The notes under the pieces were generated by a model. It made no database searches, was not told the origin of the DNA, and worked only from the letters and a program-made list of their open reading frames with translations. From IMG/VR virus record IMGVR_UViG_3300044260_000040, positions 1 to 47,319 of that record: a DNA stretch of 47,319 bases. One strand, written 5' to 3'. Position numbers and translations under genes: made by a program. The DNA comes from a virus (taxonomy: Duplodnaviria > Caudoviricetes). Below are positions 26,901 to 36,335 of the stretch, in pieces; position 1 is the first letter of the stretch, and each line of letters starts with the position of its first letter.

Positions 26901-29520
26901 CGCAGAGCGCGCCACGTATCAGGACGCGCTTGACGGGCTCACGGAGTGGAGCACCCTGCGCAGGCAGGCGTACATCGCGACAGGTCGCATTCTGGACGAC
27001 CGGGAGTTGGGCCTGCGGTACATTCAGGAGATGTTCAGCGACTCCATGGGCGCGACGCTGGAGCCGGATGGGCTCATCAAGTACGCCGAGAGCATCAAGA
27101 CTGGCGTGTATCACAAGCCGACCAGCGTCGGGCAGATGCGGTCGCTCCAGCTTGACGACCTCGCGGCCCAGTTGGGCTACATCACGGAGCGCGGTGCGGG
27201 CGACATCTCCGCTCTGGCGAAGGCTGTCGGGCCCGAGGGCGACCGGTCTATGGGGTGGCTGGAGGAGCGGCTGCGGGAGGACTTCGGAGCGCACCCGGAC
27301 TACACTCAGCGCGCCATCCGCGCTCTGGGCTTCAACTGGAACGACTACTGGGCCGAGGCTCGCGCCACTCTCGACGTGAGCCCGAAGCAGGCCGAGTTCC
27401 TGCAGGGCGTCATCGCGCGCGAGGCGCAGCTTCGTGACATGAACCCGGTCGAGTATCTGTCGCAGGTGCTGGACTTCAACCTCGGGCGCGTCGGCTCCAA
27501 CGCCCACATGCGCCAGCTTCTGCAGCTTGTGCAGGCGTCCTCGGTGGGCGACAAGGCAGCGCAGGTCGAGAAGCTGTCGCAGATATTCGTCAGGACGCTC
27601 GACCCGTCTGCACAGCGCGTGGTGCTCGCCAACTACATGGCCGACCTGCCGCGCCAAATCCGCGACGCCGAGGCGCTTGGCACGGACGCGGGCCGCGCAA
27701 CTGCCGCGCAACTGCGCGACATCCGCACTCGCCTGAATGGCGAGGTGCTTGGCACGACCGGCGAGCACGCCGTGTCCGAGGCCATCGCCCAGAACCTTGA
27801 CGAGTTCAAGGCTTTCCACAACAACGACATCGCCGGAGTGGTCCACGTGACCGTTCCCACGGAGCAGGATGTCCACTACGCCAACTTCGTGGACGGTGCG
27901 TTCGACACCATCCCGAACCGAGCGGCCGTGGACGAGGCGTTCAACCTCATCGACTCCCTGATGCGCCAGTTCCCGAACACGAACCTGCGGCACGTCGGCC
28001 TGCGTGACCTCGCCGGTCAGGGGTGGGCGGCCGTGGACGGTACGGAGGATGGCGCTCCGGTCCTGTTCCTAGACCACAAGATGTTCGAAGAGGCGGGCGC
28101 TGGTAACTTCGCGGGCGAGATGGCGGCGAGCGACGCGTGGCGCACTGGCGGGCCCATCGACACGCGGTGGTCGTATCCCGGCGTGCCAAGCGCCGTGTCC
28201 TCTGGGCTGCGCGCCAACATCTACCACGAGTTCGGCCACATCGTTGCTGACAGCCTGCTCAACGCGAGCGCGATGAGCCCGGCTGAGCTTGACCGCATCG
28301 CCCCTCTCTCCGACTTCGTGCGTGCGTTGACCGCGCAGGACAGCAACTTCCCGGCGATGCTGAGCGAGTACGCCGCCATCCCCAAGGACGAGGTGGCGGG
28401 CGGCGACCTGCAGGAGTTCGTGGGCGAGTTGTTCGCAGCGGCGTACGACCCGGGCGTGGACCTCGCGCGCTGGCCGGAAGCCTTCCGGGCTGAGCTTCAG
28501 GACACCGCCGAAGAGTTCCGTGGCATCCTGCAGGACATCGGTGAGTTCAACCCGCCGCAGGTCCCGAACATCACGGCTCTCGACGCGCCCACGCGCGACG
28601 CGCTCGGGAGCGGATTTGCGGACCTTGTGCGCAGGCGCATGGCGGGCGAGAAGATTGCCGACGGCGACGTTGAGGCAGTGGCCCGCCACTTCGCCAACTG
28701 GACGCAGAACGCCGTTGCGGCGGCAGTGGCCGACCACCTCCAGACCTCGCGTCAGTGGATTGGCGAACTGGCGATGGAGATTGCCGACCGCATCCCGACG
28801 GATGGCGGCTTCGCCTACAGCCGCACGCAGGGACTCGTAGAGCAGCTTCTCCACCAGAAGATTGAGATGGCTCAGCGCGACGCCTACCGGCTGGCCGAGA
28901 TGTCCACGACGCGCTCGTGGCTCGACCGCTCGCTGAACCACCCGGTCTTCGGCCTGTACCCGTCGAGCTACATGTGGGGCAAGACGTTCCCCGAGACCGT
29001 GAAGTTCTTGTCCAAGGAACCGTTCGGCTTTGAGACTGGCGTCCTGCTCTACCAGATGATGCGGGCGGAGCACCAAATCACGACGCAGCGCGAGTACGAC
29101 CCGAAGTTCTCCACCATGTGGAACCAAGTCGGTGGCAGCGAGACGGCCTTCCTGCTCGACTACCTGACCCCGGGCCTGCCGTGGAGCGACATGCGAGCGG
29201 CCACACCGCCGTGGGCGCAGTCCATCGCGAAGAACGGGCTCGACCCGATGAAGCTCCTGAACGCCGAGGCCGCCACCATCTCTCCTGAGCGCTGGTATCG
29301 CAGTGCGGTACAGTCCGGTCAGGAAGTGGGCGGAGCGGCGCAGTCTGCGATAGACTCCCTCGTCAATCCCAAGCCCGCCCAATCGACAAGTGGCGGGAAC
29401 GGTCTCTTCCAGTTGCCATCCGGTACGAGCGCGACACCTGAGCCCACCACCCCGGCGGGCGTGTTGCAGCCGAAGTTGTCGTCCGCCATGGACGACCTGA
29501 AGAACATGCTCGCCCCGTGA
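23959..29520 (+). CDS. Giant virion protein (1853 aa), putative ejection protein with inserted zincin metallopeptidase domain
   Basis: Ala/Gly-rich hydrophobic segments; IYHEFGH (nt about 28219-28239), then LSEYA and EFVGELF. Confidence 0.65.
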   Translation: MSDPFQLPASGGAAPAAQPVQEMQSTLFGGGAPAQSKGPNLGPVNDLLGFAAGAASVVGGALARVPLGWLPNGADDQFKQMGDWMKVNRPEDYKQWETVNAASNADKLYGGNMKSDFNREWGTKYLDESKTGGGVAPELAFAPASLMGALGDVVPRLALTEKNVEQTLGGQTYFNPLEGTKAITDTTRAPSEMVDRVGVVLAASQRGDQLNPVEQEVVKNLQEGTWDRQHALDYLIRNNQGYSRDVLPQTVMQIVADPMMIAGGGEAAALKIGARGLRVAEALGATEKAAAAGRAATAGEVFGAAGEARAIDKVAVSVAALQRTPLAPVFKVGRAIVDPLGAIQGRDTATKAGLDLLTGSGVRATEQAYGPAAYSAAFDFARKHGITSELQSALGGYTDNGVRQWTILQSRVTQLLADTGGERLLETTPDSLVTELMKVEPKDSIARLTTYFSGVKKPFITAEDDAQLADRLTASFGKDAATWAEDIAKMTPDTKSLLHAATYENSWQQFADALAHVENYTGRIPINNFVILNDNILDNVAAQLFAREFNAPGLGVAERAKLWNDAASRWVELRDIGLAEQSPIQMTDLSERLTKLIESGRLHTRIQLEALREDPALQPIADWLEAQSINGRQVWNVGFRPDDMHAWGFVRNPNTGLLEAGSTPFVSHVMDATPAYLPVNDVLTNLLGQVIGPAAAGKLAKPVEAMEVAYKVARDQISGTRLLQNMEQRFVVKAGRDYNLSVAQSRRLFRLGRDAAQLQHTTIQGIDPTNIWESISKALPKELQGQVTKRQYMDLLMHASAGDLRVMGLTQGFTQRIRNLIQSKLGYQEGNFAGRATVSFYREVRYGLNPLFYIQRITDGQYFNILKGIPWIGYHDFKPGTALYDAQQVLGVLGETATARDMAMDLPEYTLRSNFQQAIRSRLGNMVDSAKLEDLATAGARWQRNNQTATFNAALGDIVKESLDESRKAFEALAKDETLTAAERATYQDALDGLTEWSTLRRQAYIATGRILDDRELGLRYIQEMFSDSMGATLEPDGLIKYAESIKTGVYHKPTSVGQMRSLQLDDLAAQLGYITERGAGDISALAKAVGPEGDRSMGWLEERLREDFGAHPDYTQRAIRALGFNWNDYWAEARATLDVSPKQAEFLQGVIAREAQLRDMNPVEYLSQVLDFNLGRVGSNAHMRQLLQLVQASSVGDKAAQVEKLSQIFVRTLDPSAQRVVLANYMADLPRQIRDAEALGTDAGRATAAQLRDIRTRLNGEVLGTTGEHAVSEAIAQNLDEFKAFHNNDIAGVVHVTVPTEQDVHYANFVDGAFDTIPNRAAVDEAFNLIDSLMRQFPNTNLRHVGLRDLAGQGWAAVDGTEDGAPVLFLDHKMFEEAGAGNFAGEMAASDAWRTGGPIDTRWSYPGVPSAVSSGLRANIYHEFGHIVADSLLNASAMSPAELDRIAPLSDFVRALTAQDSNFPAMLSEYAAIPKDEVAGGDLQEFVGELFAAAYDPGVDLARWPEAFRAELQDTAEEFRGILQDIGEFNPPQVPNITALDAPTRDALGSGFADLVRRRMAGEKIADGDVEAVARHFANWTQNAVAAAVADHLQTSRQWIGELAMEIADRIPTDGGFAYSRTQGLVEQLLHQKIEMAQRDAYRLAEMSTTRSWLDRSLNHPVFGLYPSSYMWGKTFPETVKFLSKEPFGFETGVLLYQMMRAEHQITTQREYDPKFSTMWNQVGGSETAFLLDYLTPGLPWSDMRAATPPWAQSIAKNGLDPMKLLNAEAATISPERWYRSAVQSGQEVGGAAQSAIDSLVNPKPAQSTSGGNGLFQLPSGTSATPEPTTPAGVLQPKLSSAMDDLKNMLAP

Positions 29521-29561
29521 TGTATACTCGTTTCAGGTAAACTCGCTAAGGAAGGTATAAT
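29517..29561 (+). promoter_or_regulatory. Tandem -10 elements (GTGATGTATACT; TATAAT ending 7 nt before the ATG), probable leaderless promoter
   Basis: TATACT at 29523-29528, TATAAT at 29556-29561, ATG at 29568. Confidence 0.6.
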
Positions 29562-29567
29562 CACGCT

Positions 29568-30122
29568 ATGACAGACTCAGACGCAGGCACCGCACCCGTG
29601 GCGGGTGAGGCCCAGACGCCCCCTCCGGCGACTGGCACTCCCCCGACGCCGGATGAGGTCACTACGCTCCGAAGTCGGAACGCTGGACTGGACGCGAAGG
29701 TCACATCCCTGAGTCAGCAGGCAGCGGCGGAGAAGGCCGCTCGTGAGGCTGCGGAGCAGAAACTCCGTGACTACGAGGCCGAACTGGTCAGCAAGGATGA
29801 GGCCCTTCGGGCACAGCTTGCAGCGAAGGAAGCCGAAGCCGCGCTCGCGCGGAAAGAGGCAGCGCTGGCGAGAGTGGAAGCGCGGTTCCCCGAGACCTAC
29901 GCGGTGCTCGGTGAGTCAGCGGCCAGTCTCAGTGAGGACCAACTCGCCGCAGCGGAAGCACGCTTCCGTGGCGTCGGGGATGACAAGTCGGCTCCCCCGC
30001 CGCTCGGCGCAAACCCCGCGAGGGGTGGCACTGAGCCGGTGAAGTCGATTGAGGACATGACGGTCGAGGAGCTTCGCAAGCATCTTGCGACGTACCCCAC
30101 CGAGGTGATGTTCCGACAGTAA
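29568..30122 (+). CDS. Capsid scaffolding protein
   Basis: Directly upstream of the MCP; coiled coil; C-terminal IEDMTVEELRK helix. Confidence 0.8.
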   Translation: MTDSDAGTAPVAGEAQTPPPATGTPPTPDEVTTLRSRNAGLDAKVTSLSQQAAAEKAAREAAEQKLRDYEAELVSKDEALRAQLAAKEAEAALARKEAALARVEARFPETYAVLGESAASLSEDQLAAAEARFRGVGDDKSAPPPLGANPARGGTEPVKSIEDMTVEELRKHLATYPTEVMFRQ

Positions 30123-30127
30123 GAGCG

Positions 30128-30146
30128 ACCGGGGCGCTTCCCCGGT
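30128..30146 (+). other. Hairpin between scaffold and MCP
   Basis: ACCGGGG-CGCTT-CCCCGGT just upstream of the MCP SD. Confidence 0.45.
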
Positions 30147-30161
30147 GCAGGGAAGGACCCA

Positions 30162-31130
30162 ATGACCCAGACGACCACGGCCACCAGCAACTTCGACAAG
30201 ACGGTGCAGGTGCTCATCCGCAAGACGCTGGAGCAGGAACTGCTCCCGACGCTGCCGCATCTCAACGCGGCTGCGGGCCCCATCATGGCGACGTTCGTGG
30301 CTGGCACGAACTCGACCATGCGCTTCCTCCGCGTCCCGTTCGCGACGCCGACCACCAACGGTGGCTCGGTCAGCGCGGGCACGGCCCCGTGGCTCACTGA
30401 GGGCGTCGCTCCGACGGCCCTTGGCCTGAGCATCGGATACGAGGAGTTCACCTCCTATCAGGCAGGCCAGCGGTGGGAACTCACCGACAAGGCCCTGATG
30501 GAGTCGCCCATCGACCTCATGGCGAAGGCCAGCGAAGTCTGCGCTCGCGACGCCGCAGAGACCGCCGACGAGTATGTCGGCCGCATCCTCGCCGCTGGGA
30601 CGAACGTCCTGTACGGCGGGACCGCCACCGCGCGGACGCTCGTCGCGGCCACCGACGTGCTCACGGGCACGCTCGTTCGCCGGGCAGCGCAGAACCTGAA
30701 GGCGGACTCCGTTCCGGCCTTCTCCGACGGCTACCATGCCATCATCCATCCGGCCGTCGTCTTCGACTTCGAAGAGGACCAGGATGTCGGTGGCTGGCTG
30801 GACGCTTCCCGCTACGCGGGCGCGAACGCCATCCTCTCGGGCGAGATTGGCAAGTACGCCGGGGTCCACTTCTACGAGAGCGCGCGGGCTCGCGTGTTCG
30901 CGACGGGTGGCTCTGGCTCCGCGCCGGTCTACTCGACCATCATCCTCGGCCCCGAGGCGTTCGCCTTCGGTGACTGGGGCAAGACCACCTTCCACTACGT
31001 GGCCCCGGGCGGCCATGGGGACGAGCTTTCGCAGGTCGCGAGCATCGGCTGGAAGGGATTTATCGGCGCCATGCTCGTGGATGAGGCGGGAGCCCGCTAC
31101 ATCCGCGTCGAGACTGGCTCCGGCCTGTAA
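30162..31130 (+). CDS. Major capsid protein (N4-gp56-like, HK97 fold)
   Basis: LTEGVAP, Q.G....LTD, YHAIIHP.V.FD, GEIGKYAGVHF, D.L.Q...IGWK. Confidence 0.92.
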   Translation: MTQTTTATSNFDKTVQVLIRKTLEQELLPTLPHLNAAAGPIMATFVAGTNSTMRFLRVPFATPTTNGGSVSAGTAPWLTEGVAPTALGLSIGYEEFTSYQAGQRWELTDKALMESPIDLMAKASEVCARDAAETADEYVGRILAAGTNVLYGGTATARTLVAATDVLTGTLVRRAAQNLKADSVPAFSDGYHAIIHPAVVFDFEEDQDVGGWLDASRYAGANAILSGEIGKYAGVHFYESARARVFATGGSGSAPVYSTIILGPEAFAFGDWGKTTFHYVAPGGHGDELSQVASIGWKGFIGAMLVDEAGARYIRVETGSGL

Positions 31131-31139
31131 GAGTGGCTT

Positions 31140-31165
31140 GGGGGCCCGCTGTCCGGCGGGCCCCC
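31140..31165 (+). terminator. Hairpin terminator/attenuator after the MCP
   Basis: GGGGGCCCGC-TGTCCG-GCGGGCCCCC (10-bp stem, weak U tract). Confidence 0.7.
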
Positions 31166-31186
31166 TGTCACACTAAGGGGACCTGA

Positions 31187-31840
31187 GTGACCACTCTGGC
31201 GGAACTCAACGCGCTGGTCGCCGCTGACCTACGTGACCCTTCATACGTCACCTTCTCGTCCACCGACGTGGACGGCTTCGTCAACTCTGGCGTGGCCGAG
31301 GTGGGACGTGTCGCCCCAGAGCGCGTCGTCATCGGCGCTACCGGCGACGACTCTTCGCTGGAGTACGACCTCGCTCGCGGCGACAACATCGAAATCCGCC
31401 GAGTCGAAGTCTGGGACACTTCCACTACGCCCGAGACCTTCGTCGGTCGTCTGAGCCCGGCGTCATCTGAGTACATCAACCAGAGCGACGTGGGATACGA
31501 CCTGTGGGGCGGAGTGCTGCGACTGACCAAGGCCCAGAACGATGCGCTGGTCGCCAACAGCGATTACGAGTTGCGCGTGTGGGCCTACGCGCCTTACGCG
31601 TACATGACATCATCCGACGACATCGACTTCGGCCCCGAGAAGGAAGAGGCCATCCGCCTCTACGCGCGCCTGCAGGCAGTGCGGTCCCTCGTGAGCGACC
31701 GGGCGCTGTTCACGCAGTGGCAGTCGGTCTCGCACAACACGGACGTGTCACTGGCCGCGCTGATGAACATGTACGCCACGCTGCAGCAGGAGTGGAGACA
31801 GCGCTCACGCGCCCTGATGGTGCTGCGCGAGGCCCCGTAA
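31187..31840 (+). CDS. Head-tail adaptor / head completion protein
   Basis: Starts TTLAEL...V...LRDP...FS..DV..FVN; helix-beta insert-helix layout; follows the MCP. Confidence 0.65.
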   Translation: MTTLAELNALVAADLRDPSYVTFSSTDVDGFVNSGVAEVGRVAPERVVIGATGDDSSLEYDLARGDNIEIRRVEVWDTSTTPETFVGRLSPASSEYINQSDVGYDLWGGVLRLTKAQNDALVANSDYELRVWAYAPYAYMTSSDDIDFGPEKEEAIRLYARLQAVRSLVSDRALFTQWQSVSHNTDVSLAALMNMYATLQQEWRQRSRALMVLREAP

Positions 31841-31841
31841 C

Positions 31842-32852
31842 GTGGACCTCACCTTCCCTGTCGTCATCGGGAGTGCGACCCTCAACGATGTAGCCTACAG
31901 CGGCGCGCTGTACGGCACGACGGTGGACGCCATCGACCTGAGCGAAGTCGATGTCCGCCAGTTTGAGGAACCGCTCGCCAAGGCGAACGGTATCGAGACT
32001 GGTGGCGTCTGGCTTGGCGCTCGCCACATCAGCATCAGCGGCACCCTGTACGGCACCGACCACGACGACCTGATGGACCGGGCGGCCAGCCTCATCGAAG
32101 ACCTGTCCCCGGCGACCGGCGGCTTCGGCCTCGTAACCATGTCGTGGTACGAGGACATCGACACGAGCGGTGCGATAGACGTGCGACCGGACGGGCCGCG
32201 CTTCCAGTGGGACCGCGTGAAGCACGGCGGCGCGAACATGCCGTCCGCCGTCCAGTGGACTCTGAAGTGCATCGCCCCCGCCCCGACCATCTACTACGCT
32301 GCGGCGACTCCGCTCGCGCTTCTCCGGCAGACGGCTTGGCTCTCCATCGTCAACGATAACGTCATCGCCCCTTGGGAGGGGCCGTACATCAGCTACTCGC
32401 CGCAGCCCGCCGTGGCAGTTGCATGGGACCGCACGTGGCCCGGCGACAATCCCAGTTACGTCGAGTCGAACAACTGCACCTTCGGTGAGTTCATGGTGCC
32501 GAGGGGCACGAAGCACGTGAAGCTGAGCGGGCAGATTTCTTTCTCCGGCGACCCCAATCTGAACTGGCGCCTCGTCGCTGGCGACTGGCCGCTTCACATG
32601 CACCCCGACGACTTCGACCCCGGCGTCGATGGCTGGCCTGACGGCACGGTCATCGCCAGCGGTACGACCTCTGCGACAGCCACGCTCACGGACGTGGATG
32701 TGCCGCTGGCAGCGGACGGGACAAGGTTCTGCCTGTACCTGACTGTTGATAGGCCGGGGACTCCGGCGTACCATCTCAACCAGCACTACCACGGGGGCGC
32801 CAACGCTTGGAACGGCGGCCACAACTGGTTCGACATCGTGTGCTCACGGTAA
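31842..32852 (+). CDS. Distal-tail (Dit)-like protein with C-terminal extra domain
   Basis: G...GGVWLGARHISISGTLYG.....L.....L pattern and W....IAP.PTIY end of domain. Confidence 0.55.
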   Translation: MDLTFPVVIGSATLNDVAYSGALYGTTVDAIDLSEVDVRQFEEPLAKANGIETGGVWLGARHISISGTLYGTDHDDLMDRAASLIEDLSPATGGFGLVTMSWYEDIDTSGAIDVRPDGPRFQWDRVKHGGANMPSAVQWTLKCIAPAPTIYYAAATPLALLRQTAWLSIVNDNVIAPWEGPYISYSPQPAVAVAWDRTWPGDNPSYVESNNCTFGEFMVPRGTKHVKLSGQISFSGDPNLNWRLVAGDWPLHMHPDDFDPGVDGWPDGTVIASGTTSATATLTDVDVPLAADGTRFCLYLTVDRPGTPAYHLNQHYHGGANAWNGGHNWFDIVCSR

Positions 32853-32862
32853 GGGGGCACGC

Positions 32863-33357
32863 ATGGACCTGACTCGCTCCGTCAAGTACCGCAACACCGA
32901 ACTCAACAGCGTGACCGACTCGTCCGATGTGCTCTCGGGCGTGCGCATTGACAACGCGGACTGGAGCGAGGTCGAGTGGCGCCAGTTCATGGAGCCCACA
33001 GCCCTGCACGACGGGCTGGACATCGGCCCCGTGTACGCCGGGCACCGCGTCATCCGCCTGTCTGGCACCGTGTACGGGTCCACGCGCAAGGCTGCGTTCG
33101 AAGCCATCCAAGCGCTCGACGCCTTGTTCGCGCCCACGGCTCCGTACGTTGCAGACGCGACGACCTTCGGCTACGCGCCGTTCGTCTTCTACTGGCATGA
33201 GGGCGGGGTCCGCGTGACCAAGACCTTCCAAGTCCTGAGCCACGGGCTTCGGGTGGTGTGGCGTCGGGAGTGGTTTGGTGGGTCTGATAGGGACCCCCTT
33301 GCTGTACCATGGACGGTGATGCTCGTCTCCAATGACCCGGACGGTTCCACAGCATGA
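32863..33357 (+). CDS. Dit-like protein, paralog of the N-terminal domain of the previous gene
   Basis: Both start MDLT and share LN.V, G..(V/I)D..D.SEV..RQF.EP....(N/D)G, G.R.I..SGT.YG, AV.WT. Confidence 0.6.
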   Translation: MDLTRSVKYRNTELNSVTDSSDVLSGVRIDNADWSEVEWRQFMEPTALHDGLDIGPVYAGHRVIRLSGTVYGSTRKAAFEAIQALDALFAPTAPYVADATTFGYAPFVFYWHEGGVRVTKTFQVLSHGLRVVWRREWFGGSDRDPLAVPWTVMLVSNDPDGSTA

Positions 33358-36335
33358 CCATGAGTGTTGACCCGCTCACGAGATGGCGCCTCAACATCAA
33401 AGGGATGGGGGGCGACAGCACTGGCGCCATCCCCTCCGAGGGCGCGCACTACCTCACGTTCAACGCGGCCACGGACCTGTGGACGCGCACGAGCGAGGGC
33501 ATCATCGCGTACGACTATGACATCGCCAACCTCGGCGGGGCAGGGACGGGCGGTCCCTACCGGGTCAACCCAGTCGTCGTCCCATTCGGTGACGACCACG
33601 ATACCGGCGGCTCGTTCTGGGAACTGAAGGAAGGCCCGCATCCGGGCTACCTCGTCAGCTTCTGGTCGAACAGCCTCGGCTACGGCGACATCACGGTCAC
33701 GAGCGACACGGCGTTCAACCGGGGCCCGGGCGAGACGCTGTTCACGCTGGAATACCCGGCCGCCCACCTGTGCGGCGCCAGCATGAACTACAATGCGGCT
33801 GGCGAGATGCACTTCACGATGCTGGTGGACGACCCCAACATCGCTCTCGTGCAGCCCAAGTTGACGCACTACAGCATCGACTTCTACATCAACGGCGATT
33901 GGGTCGAGGCGTTCGCCGGTCTCATCTGGGACATGGACGCGACCGACACCGAGGTCGTGTTCGAAGGCATCGACTACCTTGGCCTGCTGAACTACATACT
34001 GGACGAACGCTTCGACCCGAAGGCGCCCGACAAGGCTGCGCCGGACGGCTCCAAGTACGTGGACAAGTCCATCCACGACATCGTGGACGCGCTGCTCGAC
34101 TACGCCATCGCGCTGCCTGACTCACCCGTGAACTTCATCTCCGTGGGCGACATCGCCGCGATGGACGAGAAGGTGACTATCTTCTCCACCATGTCGCGCA
34201 TCCTGCCGTTCATCACGGACATGCTGAACAGCCACCGCGCTGGCACCGGCAAGTACACGCGCATCTATGTGAAGAAGACCGGCACGAACCAGTATCAGTT
34301 CACGGTCGATGACGACCCGGGCGTGCAGCAGACCGGGCTGCCAGTCGCCTACGGCGACCTCGCCAACGGCTACCGCATCATCAAGTTCGGCAAGAACTGG
34401 GCGTCCCGCGTCAGCGTCCTCGGGCGCTCGCGCGACGGCCTGCAGGTGTCCTACGAGCACAACGACTCGGGCGTAGACCAGAGCGTGTGGGGCCGCATCT
34501 CGCAGGACGCGCAGATGATTGAGCCCAAGGCTGGCTTCCTCGGGCCCAAGGTCAAGTCCGACGACACGAACGACCTGAAGCGGCGCGCACGGCAGGCCGC
34601 TCTCGACGCGTCGCGCCTCGGCCAGTCCGTGGGCATCGGCTTCAAGCTGGGCTCGTTCGCGCCGGAGGACGGCTGGGCGCTGCTCGACAGCCTGCCCATC
34701 GTCATCGAACACGGGGGCGCGCGTACAACGCAGTGGGCGAGCGACGTGTTCGGACAGGACACGGCCGCCGACCCGTCCGTTGTCAAGGCCAGCTTCTGGA
34801 CCATCGTCGGCTACCAGTGGGAGTCGTACGACGACGGGCACTGGATGAATACGCTGCTGCTGTTCCCGTCGGGTGGCGGTGATTTGCCGCAAGTCACCGT
34901 CACTCCGACCCTCAAGAACTTCGGTGAGACTGGCTGGCAGCCTAGCTACTATCCGAACCCTCACTCAGTCAGCCTTGCAGGCTTCACGGCCGCCGCAGGC
35001 GACACGATGTACGCCGTCCTGTTCCAGCGCGGGTCCGGTGCGACCATCGGGGCGGGCTCGGTCAGCGGCTTCACGCAGATTGGTACGACCGTCAAGGGAT
35101 ACGACGGCACGCAGTCGCCGCTCTCTGACGCGACGGCCGTGTCGCTCTGGTACAAGGTGGCTGCGGGCGGGGAGACGAGCATCGTCGTCAACGCCGACTC
35201 GCCGGGCGACCAAGTGTCCCTCCTGTGGGAAATCCACTCCGGCATCCCGGCAGCGGCCGTCCCGGTCTTCCACTCCGCGACCGGAACGATGGCGGCTGAC
35301 GGCAGCATGCACGACCTCATCACGGTCGCTGGCTCTGGCACGGGCTACATCTTCGGCGGCTGGGCGATGCAGCAGCCTGCGGGCTACGGCACGGGCGTGC
35401 GGTCTGCCTTCGACCACGACGCGTACCAGCCGCCGCTCTACGATGACCAAGAGCCGCGCCACCTGAAGTACGCTCTCACGAACGACACGCTGCCGCGCAC
35501 CATCCAAGGCCAGATGTGGGACAGCGGTGGCGTCAGCGCCGACAAGTGGGGCTGGGCGATGGCCGTTGCCACGGTCGGGTCTGTCGGGCCGCCCTACCCC
35601 ATCACGTCCTCGCCCGTGGTCCCGCGCACGCCCATCACTACGGGCGACGGTGCCCCCGCGTCGGACAACCCGCAGAACGTGAGCACGTACGTTGACCGCG
35701 TGACGGGCGACACGTACACGTGGAACGACAACACCGACTCGTGGGACGCGCCGGTCGCCGGGACCATCGACATCAAGGACTGGCCGCTCTCTGACGTGCT
35801 CGCGAAGGGCAACCTCGTGGGCGGCAACCTCATTGAGAGCGCGGCCGACGGGACATCAGGTGGCGGGACGCTGGAACTGGACGACGCGAGCGGAAGCTCG
35901 GCCGGGTCCGCGTTCCTGCTCGCGGGCGGCACGCCCGACGGTCTCGGCGGCGCGTTCGGCGCCTTCGGCGCTGACTCGGGCACGGGTGGCCGCGCCACCA
36001 TGCAGGGCGGGAACGCCTCGTCCGGCGGTGGCATGGGGGCATCCGTCCAGACGGACCCGGGTGCGTCCGGTGGCGTGCACGGCAAGGTCGCCATCACGAG
36101 CGACAACGACAGTGGCTCGGCGGCCGAGGTGCTGACCGCCAACGGCTCCGGCTACGCCACGTGGCAGGCCGTTGCGAACGGCATGCTGAAGTGGGGCACG
36201 GCCGACCCGTCCGCAGGCGCAGGCGTGGCGAGCGCCATCGGCAGCCTGTACATGCGCGACAACAGCGGCGCTGGCGAACTGTGGGTGAAGACCGCAGCGA
36301 GCAACACGTCGTGGACCAAGGTGACGCTGCCATGA
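33354..36335 (+). CDS. Tail hub / minor tail protein (siphoviral Gp37/Tal-like) with C-terminal receptor-binding extensions
   Basis: [29 protein letters not shown]...WGRI, W.L.D...I.I, IVGYQW; then beta-rich and Gly-rich domains. Confidence 0.65.
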   Translation: MTMSVDPLTRWRLNIKGMGGDSTGAIPSEGAHYLTFNAATDLWTRTSEGIIAYDYDIANLGGAGTGGPYRVNPVVVPFGDDHDTGGSFWELKEGPHPGYLVSFWSNSLGYGDITVTSDTAFNRGPGETLFTLEYPAAHLCGASMNYNAAGEMHFTMLVDDPNIALVQPKLTHYSIDFYINGDWVEAFAGLIWDMDATDTEVVFEGIDYLGLLNYILDERFDPKAPDKAAPDGSKYVDKSIHDIVDALLDYAIALPDSPVNFISVGDIAAMDEKVTIFSTMSRILPFITDMLNSHRAGTGKYTRIYVKKTGTNQYQFTVDDDPGVQQTGLPVAYGDLANGYRIIKFGKNWASRVSVLGRSRDGLQVSYEHNDSGVDQSVWGRISQDAQMIEPKAGFLGPKVKSDDTNDLKRRARQAALDASRLGQSVGIGFKLGSFAPEDGWALLDSLPIVIEHGGARTTQWASDVFGQDTAADPSVVKASFWTIVGYQWESYDDGHWMNTLLLFPSGGGDLPQVTVTPTLKNFGETGWQPSYYPNPHSVSLAGFTAAAGDTMYAVLFQRGSGATIGAGSVSGFTQIGTTVKGYDGTQSPLSDATAVSLWYKVAAGGETSIVVNADSPGDQVSLLWEIHSGIPAAAVPVFHSATGTMAADGSMHDLITVAGSGTGYIFGGWAMQQPAGYGTGVRSAFDHDAYQPPLYDDQEPRHLKYALTNDTLPRTIQGQMWDSGGVSADKWGWAMAVATVGSVGPPYPITSSPVVPRTPITTGDGAPASDNPQNVSTYVDRVTGDTYTWNDNTDSWDAPVAGTIDIKDWPLSDVLAKGNLVGGNLIESAADGTSGGGTLELDDASGSSAGSAFLLAGGTPDGLGGAFGAFGADSGTGGRATMQGGNASSGGGMGASVQTDPGASGGVHGKVAITSDNDSGSAAEVLTANGSGYATWQAVANGMLKWGTADPSAGAGVASAIGSLYMRDNSGAGELWVKTAASNTSWTKVTLP

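Noticed and set aside
23917-27993. Very long antisense ORFs (1358 aa here, also 18403-20724, 15189-16544, 39077-40360)
   Set aside because: Shadow frames expected opposite GC3-rich genes; no motifs or ribosome binding sites.
21314-29520. Tape measure protein or virion RNA polymerase
   Set aside because: Wrong position, no upstream chaperone/frameshift pair, no periodic aromatic repeats, and no polymerase motifs recognised. A profile search is still needed to exclude these fully.
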